Positions 11,430-23,257 of a DNA stretch of 64,000 nucleotides are shown here, piece after piece. The translations under genes and the position numbers were made by a program. Under the pieces are notes generated by a model. That model was not told the DNA's origin. It searched no databases and saw only the letters and a list, made by a program, of their open reading frames with translations. Position 1 is the first letter of the stretch; each line of letters starts with the position of its first letter. This DNA is from Eukaryota sp. TZLM1-RC (Eukaryota; Protista; Metamonada: BaSk clade), in contig JAUPSS010000004.1 of NCBI GenBank assembly GCA_040285825.1, positions 5,547,784 through 5,611,783 on the forward strand, read 5' to 3'.

Positions 11430-12683
11430 ATGGTGAACAAATTCGCTTCTCTTGGTGTTGATCCTTGGCTTTGTACTACCTTAACAGAAATCGGGTTCAA
11501 GACCCCTACCTCTGTTCAGCTCAATTGTATCCCCCCAGCGCTTTCTGGGAAAGATGTTATGGGAGTAGCTCAAACTGGAAGTGGTAAAACTGGAGCTTTT
11601 GCTATCCCAATCTTAAACAAACTGGTAAGAGACCCTTTCGGTGTCTCCACTGTTGTTTTAACTCCCACCAGAGAGCTGGCAATCCAAATCGTCCAACAAT
11701 TTGATGCCTTTGCCGCTGGTCATTTCCCCCTTCGTACTGAGCTGATTGTAGGGGGGCTCTCCATCCAAGACCAAGCCATCAAAATCACATCCAGGCCCCA
11801 TGTTTTAATCGCCACTCCTGGAAGACTCTCTTGGTTAATTGCTAATTCTGCTGGTGTCAAGGAAGCCCTCAAAAGAGTTGAATTCCTTGTTTTTGATGAA
11901 GCTGATAGAATGATTGATCCACAGTTTGCCTCTGATTTAGGTATTATTTTGGAATCTATACCTGTTAACCGACAAACTTTTTATTTCACTGCTACGCTGA
12001 CAGAGGCTCTAAAATCCACACGTGATTCTTTGACTTCAGACGACTTTTTCTTTTGGGGTGAAGATCAAGAAATAAAGTTGCCTAAAGGATTAAATAATGA
12101 GTATTTATTAATACCAGCTATAACAAAGGATGCTTGGACATTACATTTACTAAACACATTGGAATATAATTCTGCTATAATATTTTGTTCCGCGTGTCAA
12201 GTTGCTGAAGTGGTTTCCTTGATGTTAATTGATGCAAAGATTTCAGCAATCTCTCTCCATTCACAACTCCCACAACGTAAAAGAATGGCTTCTCTGGACA
12301 GTTTCAGGAATGAAAAGGTTGATGTTTTAGTTACAACAGATGTGTCTAGTAGAGGCTTAGATATTTCTACAGTGGATTTAGTATTGAATTATGATGTTCC
12401 TAGGTTGGCTGTTGATTATGTTCATAGGGCTGGAAGAACTGCCAGAATAGGAAGGAGTGGAAGGGCGATAACGTTGGTTTCCCAGTTTGAAATTAATCTT
12501 TTACAATCAATCGAGGAATTGATTGGTTTCAAGTTTGATGAGAGTCAGATTGCCGAGGATGAGAACAAAGTTTTGAAGACTTTAGACAAGGTTTCAGGAC
12601 TCAAAAGGGAAGCAAAGCTTAAGCTGGAGGAATATCAGATATTTGAAAAACAAAAAAATAGGAAAAGGCGAAAAGGGATGTGA
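11430..12683 (+). CDS. DDX49: DEAD-box RNA helicase DDX49/Dbp8
   Basis: FASLGVDPWL, Q motif, AQTGSGKT, DPFG, PTRELA, DEAD, HRAGRTARIGRSG; N-terminal signature typical of Dbp8. Confidence 0.85.
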   Translation: MVNKFASLGVDPWLCTTLTEIGFKTPTSVQLNCIPPALSGKDVMGVAQTGSGKTGAFAIPILNKLVRDPFGVSTVVLTPTRELAIQIVQQFDAFAAGHFPLRTELIVGGLSIQDQAIKITSRPHVLIATPGRLSWLIANSAGVKEALKRVEFLVFDEADRMIDPQFASDLGIILESIPVNRQTFYFTATLTEALKSTRDSLTSDDFFFWGEDQEIKLPKGLNNEYLLIPAITKDAWTLHLLNTLEYNSAIIFCSACQVAEVVSLMLIDAKISAISLHSQLPQRKRMASLDSFRNEKVDVLVTTDVSSRGLDISTVDLVLNYDVPRLAVDYVHRAGRTARIGRSGRAITLVSQFEINLLQSIEELIGFKFDESQIAEDENKVLKTLDKVSGLKREAKLKLEEYQIFEKQKNRKRRKGM

Positions 12684-12946
12684 TTTGGTTTAGTTTTCAT
12701 TAGTTTTTAGTGTTTTGTTTTGATTCGATGCGATTTTTCGTAGTATTTTCACTTGTAGATTGTCGATGTCGTCAATAAGATTATCTATATTGGACTTGGC
12801 ATTTTGGTGGAAATTAATAAACCTTGTTTTTTTACATGTGCTCTACCTCTTGGAACATATTTCTAGTGCGTTAGAGATTGCTTTCGTGTAAAAAGTAGAT
12901 TTATTTGGGGGTGAAATATAAAATTCATATTCAAATCCACATTCCA

Positions 12947-13618
12947 ATGCCTTCCTATTCCCGTGCTCAACAACCTGTTACACATACTACCATGCCAGTT
13001 ACCACTGGATCAGCAGTTCTTGCTGTGAAATACAATGGTGGTGTTCTTGTTGCATGTGATACTCTTGCTTCTTATGGCTCCTTAGCTCGATTTCCTTCAG
13101 TGGAAAGACTCCGTTCTGTGGGAGATAACACATTGATTGCTGCATCGGGAGATTTTAGCGATTTTCAAATGCTGATGGAATTTCTTGATGAAGAGGTCCG
13201 CGAAGAACGTTCTCTTGATGATGGCTATGTACGATCTCCATCAGAGTATCACCAACTGATAGCTCGTATTCTGTACAACAAACGAAATCGCATGGATCCA
13301 TGGTGGTTACAATGTATTGTTGCTGGCTTCCACAACGAACCTTTCCTTGGCCTTGCTGACCTCAGAGGTACTCATTATGTTGATGACTTCCTTGCTACTG
13401 GTTTTGGTTCTTATCTCGCTACTCCTTTGTTCAGGAAGTACTGGACCCCTGGAATGACCCTTGAGGAAGCAAAAAACTTACTCATAGAAGCTATCAAGGT
13501 GTTGATTGGAAGGGACGGCAGAACTCATGCTAAATGGCAAATGGGAAATGTTACACAGAGAGAAACCAGAGTTGAAGATCCTGCTGAAATCGAGATTAGT
13601 TGGGCAATTGCGCAATAG
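12947..13618 (+). CDS. PSMB4: 20S proteasome subunit beta type-4 (beta7/Pre4)
   Basis: PVTTGSAVLAVKYNGGV..ACDTLASYGSLARF, SGDFSDFQ, LYNKRNRMDPWW, ATGFGSYLA. Confidence 0.92.
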   Translation: MPSYSRAQQPVTHTTMPVTTGSAVLAVKYNGGVLVACDTLASYGSLARFPSVERLRSVGDNTLIAASGDFSDFQMLMEFLDEEVREERSLDDGYVRSPSEYHQLIARILYNKRNRMDPWWLQCIVAGFHNEPFLGLADLRGTHYVDDFLATGFGSYLATPLFRKYWTPGMTLEEAKNLLIEAIKVLIGRDGRTHAKWQMGNVTQRETRVEDPAEIEISWAIAQ

Positions 13619-14965
13619 TTTGTGAATAAAATGATTTTCTTGGATTTTACTGCATAATAGTATTTTTAATACCAACATTGTAGCCCACTGTTGCTGTTCA
13701 AAAAGGAAAATCAAAGATGAACGAACGTAAATGTTGGAATGTAATGATCTTGTACAGGAACTCTATTGGTTTAACAAGCGTCAACAGCACCGTCATCACA
13801 GGTCTTCCAACAATAAAAGTTATTAAAATTGATTAAATTATTAAGAGATTTATGTCCCATAATGTATACGATCTTGAGTTGTCAAAACCACAGTTTCAGG
13901 AATTCCTCAAGTCGTCTAAGAGGGATGGAAAAATTTGCTTAAATTCGTAAAATTCTTTAAAAATAGGAGTTGTTTTTACTATTTCATCTAAATTGACAAT
14001 TATATACACACTTATTTACGTATGATCCAATTTTTCAATTGTAACAATAAATCGTGCCAATGTCGTTATTGACAAAAAAACAATCAAAATTACTTTGAAT
14101 AACAATATCTACAAAACTATTCCATGGATACTTAAACAAATTTTCTGCATCGATAAGTTGAGAAATTTAGTCTTGGGATAACATACTTGTCCTTTATTTC
14201 CAATTTTTGGTTTTCTTATTTGTTAGACAGAGAGATGTGATAACGATAGTAAAAACACCGACACTTTCGTGAACTTCTTCTTGAATTGCATTACACTGCG
14301 CAAGATCGCGATTGTTAAGAAATACAGGGTGTTTATTTACGAGTTGAAATACTGTCTTCATGACTTTAGAATTCATTGAAATCGAGGCAAGTTTTGTTCA
14401 CTATGCAAAATAGAAGCCGATAAAAAGAGACTTGCTCCCAAAAGTTTTGGATCCAATAACCATCAATGACAAAGAGTACTTGTTCCTTTTAAAAGTACAA
14501 TTCTTAGAAAACACAAACCTATAGCGTTTTCTAAATTCGAAAGCGGATTGATGTGTGATGAATAAGGTCCTCAGTTGACCTTCTTCATTGAACTCACTGT
14601 GGCAAGGTCCATCCGTCTTTGAAGCGTAGCTGTTCAAAAAAAATCCATAACAACAGAGAACCTGTTATTATTACCATTATTGCGATGACGGCAATGTGTG
14701 TTCTCATCCTGTGGTGACTTCTCACTGTCAAAAAGTTCTTTTCCCAACTTTTGTTTGCGAGGAGTAGAAGAAAAACAATGTGAAGATCAGGACACGTACG
14801 CAGAAACTTTTCCACTTACAGTTTGACCTACAATAATTGTCGTATTTGAGTTTTGTATAATTAGCTGTAAATGGGGGTCATCTCAAAATCAATAAACAAA
14901 TTTCTTTTATCCAATTAAACTGCTATCATCCTCTTTGTACAATAGATCCTATTTGTTGATATCAC

Positions 14966-17307
14966 ATGAGTTCTGATGAGTGTGTACGTGTCGTAGTTCG
15001 TTGCCGCCCCCTTAATAATGTAGAAAAGAAAGATCAACGGCAGATGTTTGTCTTTATCTCTCCATCACCTTAGATGTGTTGATGTCAATGGTGAGCGTCG
15101 CGAAGTTACACTCAAGTCTATTGATAACCCTGACAAATACAAAACCTTCACATTTGACTCAGTTTATGACCCCAGTTCTGAACAACGTCGTGTATATGAT
15201 GAAACGGCTCTTCCTCTCGTTGACTCTGTTCTTCAGGGTTATAATGGTACTATTTTCGTTTGTCCCCTTCTCACTGCCTTTCTCACCCCAGGCTTATGGA
15301 CAAACTGGTACGGGAAAGGTACACATACCCTCTCTCCTTGTCTAACTCCAGACCTACACCATGGAAGGTGCCATGGATCCTCCAGAGGCTCGAGGTATTA
15401 TTCCAAATTGTTTTGAACACATTTTCTCAACTATTTCTGCTTCAAATAACACTCGTTTCTTAGTTCGTGCTTCCATGCTTGAGATCTACAATGAAGATAT
15501 TCATGATCTTTTGAACGATGGACCTAAGCCAGGCAGACTTGAAATAAGAGAGAACCCTGAAACCGGTCCTTATGTTGAGGGTTTGGTTGAGGAAACGGTG
15601 ACGTCAGCAGATGATTTGATGGATTTACTACGCAGAGGGACTCTTCAAAGAACTACTGCCGAGACTAATATGAACAAGGCTTCCTCTAGAAGTCATTCTA
15701 TTTTCACCATTAGAATTGAAAGTTCTGAGGATAATGAGGATGATGGCACCCAAAGAATTAGGGTTGCCAAGCTCCACTTGGTTGATTTGGCAGGGTCTGA
15801 GAGACAGTCAAAAACAGGGGCAACCGGAATGCGATTATTGGAAGCTTCCAAAATCAACAAATCTTTGCTGACTTTGGGTTACGTTATTAAAGCTCTGGTT
15901 GAGGGAAATGCTAAACATGTACCTTACAGAGACTCGAAACTGACAAGGCTACTTCAAGATTCCCTTGGTGGTAACGCTAAAACTGTAATGATTGCTACTG
16001 TTGGTCCCGCCTCTTGGAACTATGACGAGAGTCTGGCTACTTTGAGGTATGCCAATAGTGCAAAGAGTATTAAGAACAAGCCTATTGTTAATGAGGATCC
16101 AAAAGATTCAAAAATTAGGGATTTGCAGGAGGAACTAGAACGGCTCAGAGAACAGCTCAAGGCTCAAAAATCGGGCGTGTCAGTCCCAGTTGACAAGTCA
16201 CCTGAGAGGCAACACTCTAATGCCACCAAAGTTGAGCATGTCAGTGTTTTGGATAGTCAATCAATGGAAGAGGCATTGGTTAAGCAGAAGGAAGCCGAAG
16301 AACAAGCAAATGAATTACAATCAAGATTGAAAGAACTTGAAGGAAAGCTTACCAGTAAAACTGCTGAGGAAGAAAAAGAAAAAGAGGCTTTATTAGAAGA
16401 ACAAAGTAAATTACAAACTGTATTACAACAACGACAAGCTGCAGTTGAAGAATATGAAGCTGAACTTCGAGCTAAAGAGGAATATTTGAAAAAACAGGAA
16501 CAAGAGCGGTTGGAAATGGCTAATATGATTAAAGATATGGAAGAAAAACTCCTAGTTGGAGGTGAATTGGTTGATAAAGCAAAACAACAGGAGATTGAAA
16601 TGAGGCGTTTAGAAGCAGAAAACGAAGAGAGAAGGAGGCAGGAGATAGCGTTGGCACGGGAGTTGCAGGAGAAACAGGAAGAAAAAAGGTTATTTGAAGA
16701 TAAATATGCATCTTTGAATGAAGAGGTTGCCAGCAAGACTAAGAAATTAAGAGAGCTTTTCAGTAAAGTTCAGTCATTAAGGGGCGAAATTCAGGATTTG
16801 GAAGGGGAATTTCAGGACGAACGGGAAGATTTTCTAGACCAAATAAGGCAATTGAACCAACAATTACAGTTGAAATCTCTAATTATTGACTCATTTGTCC
16901 CTCAAGATGTTGTCAATTATGTTGAGCAAAGGGCTGAGTATCTAGAAGACACCGAAGAATGGGTGTTGCCTCATCAACAGTTTGTTGGTAATGTTCAAAG
17001 GGAAATTCATCCACTGACGTCATCAGAATTGAAACTCTATGAACCTACAAAAGTCGACCTAGTACCTCTTCAACGACCAAGTTCCAGTATTCGCAAATTT
17101 TCAAGTCAGGATCAACGGGATTTGGCCTTTGAGCATCCTGCACTTTTGAATACTTTCTTTGGTACAGATCAGCCTTTGTCAGCACCATCTATAGCAAGTA
17201 GCAGGAAGAGTAGCAGGCCAGGTACCAGTAGAACTTCAAGGGAACAAAGGAGTTCAGCAATTCCAAAAAGTAGAAATTTGGTAAGAGAAAAAGTTCGCTA
17301 TGCTTAG
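14966..17307 (+). CDS. Kinesin-2 (KIF3-like) motor; exons 14966-15045, 15074-15257, 15292-15318, 15352-17307
   Basis: Splicing out three GT-AG introns restores [40 protein letters not shown] and [10 protein letters not shown]; coiled coil with KLLVGG and VASKTKKL resembles KIF3. Confidence 0.9.
15046..15351 (+). other. Three spliceosomal micro-introns: 15046-15073 (28 nt), 15258-15291 (34 nt), 15319-15351 (33 nt)
   Basis: GT...AG boundaries; their removal restores conserved kinesin motifs. Confidence 0.88.
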
Positions 17308-17828
17308 AGTTTTTATTTATCGATTTCAGTTGTGTAGTTATCACTAATGAAATGTTACTAATAAATATTACTCTGTCTCTGTTTTTGGGATTCCTGTGTT
17401 TAGTATAAAGAATTTGTAATCACTTTGTCACAATAGTTTTATAAAACAACTTTTAAAACAATATACCTCTTACAAAACCGGTTTCACTCGACACTCAGTG
17501 TCAAAGCACAATTTGAATTTGCAGCTGTTCTTGAAGTATAATAGAGAATTGTGGGACCTTCAGTCCGTTAGAAGTATTTGTCGTGATGAGTGGAGTGAAG
17601 ATGATCAGGAACCTAAGAACTAGTCATTTGTTTATTTATGGCAGTATTTATAAATAATTTTTTTATTATTTTTTTGTAGACAATTGTCTGTTAATCACCG
17701 ATAAATCTAAGATTAATCGCGGTAATTGCGTTAATCGATCTGACAAAGATATGACCAGTCGCTTAATCGACGATTCGATTTTGACAAGCACAGACTATAT
17801 TAAATCAAGGCAGTAGGTTATACCTACT

Positions 17829-17958
17829 GATGGTTTCTGATGTTTTGTTTTCTCTTGGATCTCACTACCAGAGAGTTGCATCTAGTGTTTTTGTTTTGGG
17901 AGAGATGAATTATTTAGATGTTGATTTGTAAGTTTTCTAATAGATAAATATTATTAAA
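17829..17958 (+). mobile_element. Shorter copy of the family C LINE 3'-end element
   Basis: gatggtttctgatg...tctcttggatctcacta...gttttgggagagatg...gatgttgattt matches the reverse complement of 34265-34400. Confidence 0.75.
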
Positions 17959-18022
17959 ACAAAGTTTGAGCGCCTTTGATTCAACAACCTCAAATTGACA
18001 CATCTCGACTATCCACATCCAC

Positions 18023-19291
18023 ATGCCGTCTCTTGTTCTCGGTGAGGAATACATTCCTCTGAAGTCACTTTATCTAGGCACTCTTTCTGCTCGTGAACAA
18101 AAACGTCAACAATTTCAATTCTCGCGAAACCCTGTTGATATATCTGACATCGAAGGAACCTCTCCTCCACCTCGACATCACAAGTTTTTACGTGATAACA
18201 TAAATTCTCAGGATATTTCCACTGTTAAACGCCTTCACGCTGAACGTGCCAAAAACGCCCCTTATCTCTACTATCGCAACGATGACATTGAGCTCAGTAT
18301 GCCCCCTGTGCCCAAAACCACCTTCCGCAGTACTAACCCATTAGATCCACACTATAAGCTTCCATCTTACGAGGAACGTCCTATCACACCTCCAAAATTT
18401 GTCCGTGACACTATTGACGTTTCTGACATTGAAGGTACACGTAAGAAAGATCCAAAGAAACCTACAAGCCACGATTCGCTGTACTATTACGATGTGCACA
18501 AAGTGAAGGGAAAGCAATTATTTCCCACGCCAAGGGATATTCTTAATGTTTCAGATATCAATACAATCACACACATACCTCCAAAGCCAAAGAACGTCAA
18601 TCCTGTTGAACCAATATATGATAACTTGGATGGTACACGTGGTGATGAGCTGGCAGATTCACATCCTAAACCATTACCCAAACCTCTCTGTCGTTATTCT
18701 CTTGAAACAAGCGACATTGAAGGTGCTCAACAAGGTTGGCTACCTCCTGCTCAATGCAGAAGTGGAAAGCATTTGCCAATGGTAGTAAAGAAGCCTAGAG
18801 ATGTGTTTAAGGTGGAGGGTATTCAAAAGCCTAGAAGGGTTTTATTTGCAGAAACATTACCAGAAAACAGTATTTATAGAAAAACTAAAATTAATAATTC
18901 TAACCAAGGTCGCCCTTTTACAACTCAATGCGGTCGAAAAGTTTCTGTTAATCATGAAAAAGAAAACGTTATGGTGCTGGTAGATGATAAGAAAAGAAGT
19001 AGTTCAGCTCGGTGTTCACTATCTGGGAAGACACGTTCTAGTTTGCGGGAACACAGGATTGATCCTGAAAAGGCTCCAGCAGCTGGTTGTAGAACTGGTG
19101 TTGAAAAGAGCAAAAATTTAAAAATTTCGCATTTTCCATCACTAACCAAAAAGGTTCCAAAAAGGGTTATTAATAATTCCATTTCTCGGGATGTTCCACA
19201 GAATTCTGCTGTGATCAAGAGTAAATCATTTGCTGATCTAGCCTCCAGACAAGAAGAGATGAAATTGGTGGAGTCGCTTCCATTTTATTAA
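18023..19291 (+). CDS. Uncharacterised basic, Pro-rich protein with repeated D-[IV]-S-D-I-E-G and NP-x-x-P-x-Y motifs
   Basis: 422-aa open frame; DISDIEGT, DVSDIEGT, ETSDIEGA, NVSDIN, TNPLDPHY, VNPVEPIY. Confidence 0.7.
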   Translation: MPSLVLGEEYIPLKSLYLGTLSAREQKRQQFQFSRNPVDISDIEGTSPPPRHHKFLRDNINSQDISTVKRLHAERAKNAPYLYYRNDDIELSMPPVPKTTFRSTNPLDPHYKLPSYEERPITPPKFVRDTIDVSDIEGTRKKDPKKPTSHDSLYYYDVHKVKGKQLFPTPRDILNVSDINTITHIPPKPKNVNPVEPIYDNLDGTRGDELADSHPKPLPKPLCRYSLETSDIEGAQQGWLPPAQCRSGKHLPMVVKKPRDVFKVEGIQKPRRVLFAETLPENSIYRKTKINNSNQGRPFTTQCGRKVSVNHEKENVMVLVDDKKRSSSARCSLSGKTRSSLREHRIDPEKAPAAGCRTGVEKSKNLKISHFPSLTKKVPKRVINNSISRDVPQNSAVIKSKSFADLASRQEEMKLVESLPFY

Positions 19292-20989
19292 TTATATTTA
19301 TATTCTCTTTATTAATTAAATGTTTATTTTTGTTTTATATTGAGTTAGAAGCTCTGTATTTGACATTCTTTTTGAAAGAGTTTGTTAGTGTTTCATTTAA
19401 ATGAGTTGTTTTATTCAGTAAATTGTACATTATTTTATTTTTGATAAAAGCACATTTATTTTAAGCATCATGAGTTGAAAACTATTGTGCAACTATTCTA
19501 ATTGAAATGTCTAAGGATTAGAAACATTGAAACTGTCAAAGAAATCTGTTATTGTACAAGCCTGTAGTGTCAAGTTGTGAGTCACAATTAGTTCACGAAA
19601 AAAGATTTATAATGATAGAATCATCGTGCAGTACAACTTGCTCGCAATGTTAGCCACAGTGTTCAAATGATTTAATCTTTATTAAATAGAGGTCAAAAAT
19701 AAAGATGATTATTAGGGTTTTGAATCAGCGTCGTCTTTTATTTTTCCATTTTGGATAATTGGAATTGAAGATTTCTTCTTTTCTTAACTAATCAAGTAAA
19801 CGATTGACAAGTGTCCACATTTGCAAACTCGGCAAATCAATTTTTGTTTCGTATGAATTTTCCACCATGTAAACAATGTATTAATCCACTTTTTATCCCT
19901 TATAGACTTTCATCATTTTAACGATGGTCATTTATCCAATTTTTCAACCTAAAGATAATAGTTTCACCACAAACTGCAAGTGCTGTCTTTGCTTTTATAT
20001 TATTATTTGCAAGTTGATTAATACTTGCTGTCAAATTTTTGACATTTTGCACCTTGGGAGAAAACAAGTTGTCCGTGCCTTCAGGAAATAACTTGACACT
20101 CATCGCAACAATACAATTGTTGCCATAGTTTGTTTTTATGAAAATTGTTAAGGTGGCGATGGATTAATCAAGTGTGCGTTAGTGTATGTTTACTATGTGA
20201 TACTTGTCAACAAATGATATCAAATGATAGCAGCTATACATGATACCGTTAGGCAGAAATATGAAAGAAATGAAGTCAGAAAAAGAGCATTTATTAATGA
20301 AAATACATGTTCTTGCACAAGCGCCACGTTATCACGTGAAAATTTGAGTTGTTCTAACCTAGTTTATCAGCAACAACAACACTACTTCTTTCCAGTTGTT
20401 CTTTCAACAGTTTCGTAAAACATTTAACATAATGAAGAGTGGGGAATTGTGAGATCCTTTGGCAAGTGCTGCAGGTGATATATTTCTTGTTTGTTTTTAG
20501 AGGGGTAATCACGAGCTAGATGACCTTTCTGATGACATTTGAAACATGTCCCATCAGGTCAGATTGCGAGATCTATGGGAAGAACGAGATTTCATACCAG
20601 CTTGACGCACAGAATCAGTATTTTCTGAAACAGTCTTTAACGAACTGTTCCAAAAACTACCTTGCGTGCAATCAAATAGTACGTCCTTTGCGGTATTTAA
20701 CAAGGTGGGAAAATCGGGAAATACCTCGTCCCGAATTCTAGAAATCAGAGTTTTTCGGGATCCTATTGGGAAGGATACTTTTGGCGAATCTGATCATGAA
20801 GGCTGAGTCAGGCAATTTAAGTCCGGAAGCCCAAATTTTCGCCTGAAGCAAGTACTATGAATGTTAGGGTTATCAAAAAGCATTGATTCTAAATGAAGCG
20901 CTGTATTGAGAAAGTGTGGAATGGACAAAAATCCGACCATTTTTCATTAAAAAACACTATTTTTTTTCGTTATTTATTTTAATCAAAGT

Positions 20990-21790
20990 ATAAATTTTTA
21001 TAAAAATTTAATTTATTCCTTTGAACAAATAATCAACAAAGTCAGCATTCTATATCTTCATACCTCAAATCAGCCAAAAAGAATTGACTTGAAGCTCTTC
21101 TTTCAAAAAACTGATGAAAAAAACAATGCAGAAGTTAACAAGTGGACAAAGCCTTCAAAAATTAGTATTATAATTCTGTTCTATGAAAACGTCTTGTCAA
21201 AAACTCTTTTTGTGTGCTGCTTCGCAATTTCAACAAAAACATCCAAGGAATAAATGTATGGATGAATAAAATTGATAAAGGACATAATAATTATGTGATT
21301 CAGCATTTAAGAATAGCAAATTTGCTTCATAATTATCAATTTTAGTTTTTTCGGCAACAAATAGGGGGTTTTTCATATTTTGATTAAGCTGAAGGTAAAA
21401 AGAATCATAACAAACATCAGTTGATCTCACGTCAGTAAAGATGGTCGCTTCTTCAAGAACTTCAAGCATTAAATCATCTCTATTTCGACCAAATAATATT
21501 CAAAGAATTTTCATCACCACATGAGAGAGCAATAGTTTCTGAATATAAAACAATTCTGTTTGACTTTGACATACAACAGTGTTGATTCCTAACTGCATCA
21601 TCGATTTTTGATCGGAAAGTACCAAAGTTTTTACATTGATAAAAGTGATTTGGAGAAATTTTTGAATCTCATTTACAAATCAAATTATGAAATACGTTAT
21701 CAGGCCAAATGAAACAACGAAGACGCATTTTACAAGAGATGTGGTAGCATCAAAAAAATTCAAATATCAAGGATTTGAGAAATTACACAG
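20990..21790 (-). mobile_element. Old, degenerate RLE-type non-LTR retrotransposon fragment (family D)
   Basis: Minus-strand remnants KMRLRC, LICK*...NHFYQC...FRSKIDDAVRN, GRNRDDL, TDVRSTD, AEKTKIDNY, NRIIILIF. Confidence 0.6.
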
Positions 21791-22228
21791 GAAAATCCAT
21801 TTCTTCAAATTGCAAACCGAAAAAAATTAGAGGAAATATTCTTACAGCGTTTTCTTCTCATTTGTCACGTGAATCTAAGCAAGAAGCCAAGCGGTACTTT
21901 CTTTAAAATAAATTAACTAAAAATTACACTTTATTTTGCGAGAAAATAGCGTCAAGTATTCTTCTAGATGATTTTTCAAAAATTTGAGAAAACTCATGTA
22001 GAAATAATACACCTATGCTACCTAAAAATCCAAATACGCAGAACGCAAATGGACAAAGGAAGGACAAAGGAATTATGTTCATTATAATTGTTCACAAATT
22101 TCTTCCAGCTTTCTGGTTTTTTCACTTTATCTCAACGTTTAACAACCAACCACCTAAATATACAAATTGTGGCAAAATTCATAATGGTTTAGACCATCAA
22201 TAACTCCAAATATAAATAAAAAATAAAA

Positions 22229-23256
22229 TGTTGATGTGTGGAGTAAGTGTTTTCCTTCAAATTTGCCCTCTGTACCTTCGAGATCTTTTACCAATCTTCA
22301 TCTTGCTGTTGTGAAATTACAGAAGTCTGTTCTAATTGGTTTTGAAGACCTGGATTTTTCTAAGCGTCTTAGTGTGACTAAGATTAATAATACCGTCTTT
22401 GCTGCTTTTTATCAGACATCCAGAACTGCACTAGTTTAATATCTCAGCAATCAAGGCCATTTGGTCTTCACTTAACAAATGAAGCATGGAAACAAAACAT
22501 GCGGTTGAGATTGGGGCTGTATCATAGTGGTCTTTTGGATAATTCTGTTTGTGTTTGTAACGAAGAACCTACCGCCAATTTCCGTCATATTGTTAGTTGT
22601 AAGAAATTCCTTCAATATCGGTCAGTTCTTCATAATGCTGTTCGTGATGTGACATATGAGATGTTCAAGTGTTCCAATTTTAGTTGCAAAGTAGAACCGT
22701 TGTTGAAGCATTGTAGCGATAATAATCTGTTTAATTCACGTCGAGGTGATTTAATTGCTCCTTTTTTGGATTCCTCTCAAGTTGTTGTTGATTTTACTAC
22801 AGGTGATCCCTTTGCTTTTATTTATCATGATGATGTTTTACTTAGTGTTAATGGTCATTTAAACAAGGCTGAAGATCGTAAAAGAGATAAATATACTCAA
22901 GTAGTAAATGATTTAAGTAATAATCTTTACTCGAAGTTTTCGTTTGTTCCTTTTGCCTTTTCGAATTTTGGCAACATTGAACAGTCCGCTTTGAATTTTA
23001 TCAATGATTTTGGTAATTTATATCGTTCAAGTTGTAAGAATTTTGCAGGGAATTTATGGAAGAATCGTATTATTTTTGCTTTGTACAGAAGTGTTCCCAA
23101 GTACTTGAGTTTAATGATGTCCAAGCTGTATAAGGATTCATCAAGAGTTGGCGTGGAGAATTTTGTTTCTTATGTGTTTTAGTCTGTTTTGTTATGTTTT
23201 GTTACTTTTTTTTGATGATTTATAATAGAATTATAAATAATAAATTAAAAAATAAA
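22229..23256 (+). mobile_element. 5'-truncated RLE-type non-LTR retrotransposon, family B, copy 1
   Basis: ORF 22499-23182: CVC...HIVSC, LHNAVRD, RRGD, VVDFT, AEDRKRDKY, FVPFAFS..G; A-rich tail. Confidence 0.8.
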
Positions 23257-23257
23257 A

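Noticed and set aside
14194-14815. Short minus-strand ORFs upstream of the kinesin
   Set aside because: Fragmented, with no identifiable homology or convincing splice pattern.
19900-20900. Short ORFs and a slightly GC-richer patch, possibly a transposon relic
   Set aside because: No terminal repeats, TSD or protein motif that I can support.
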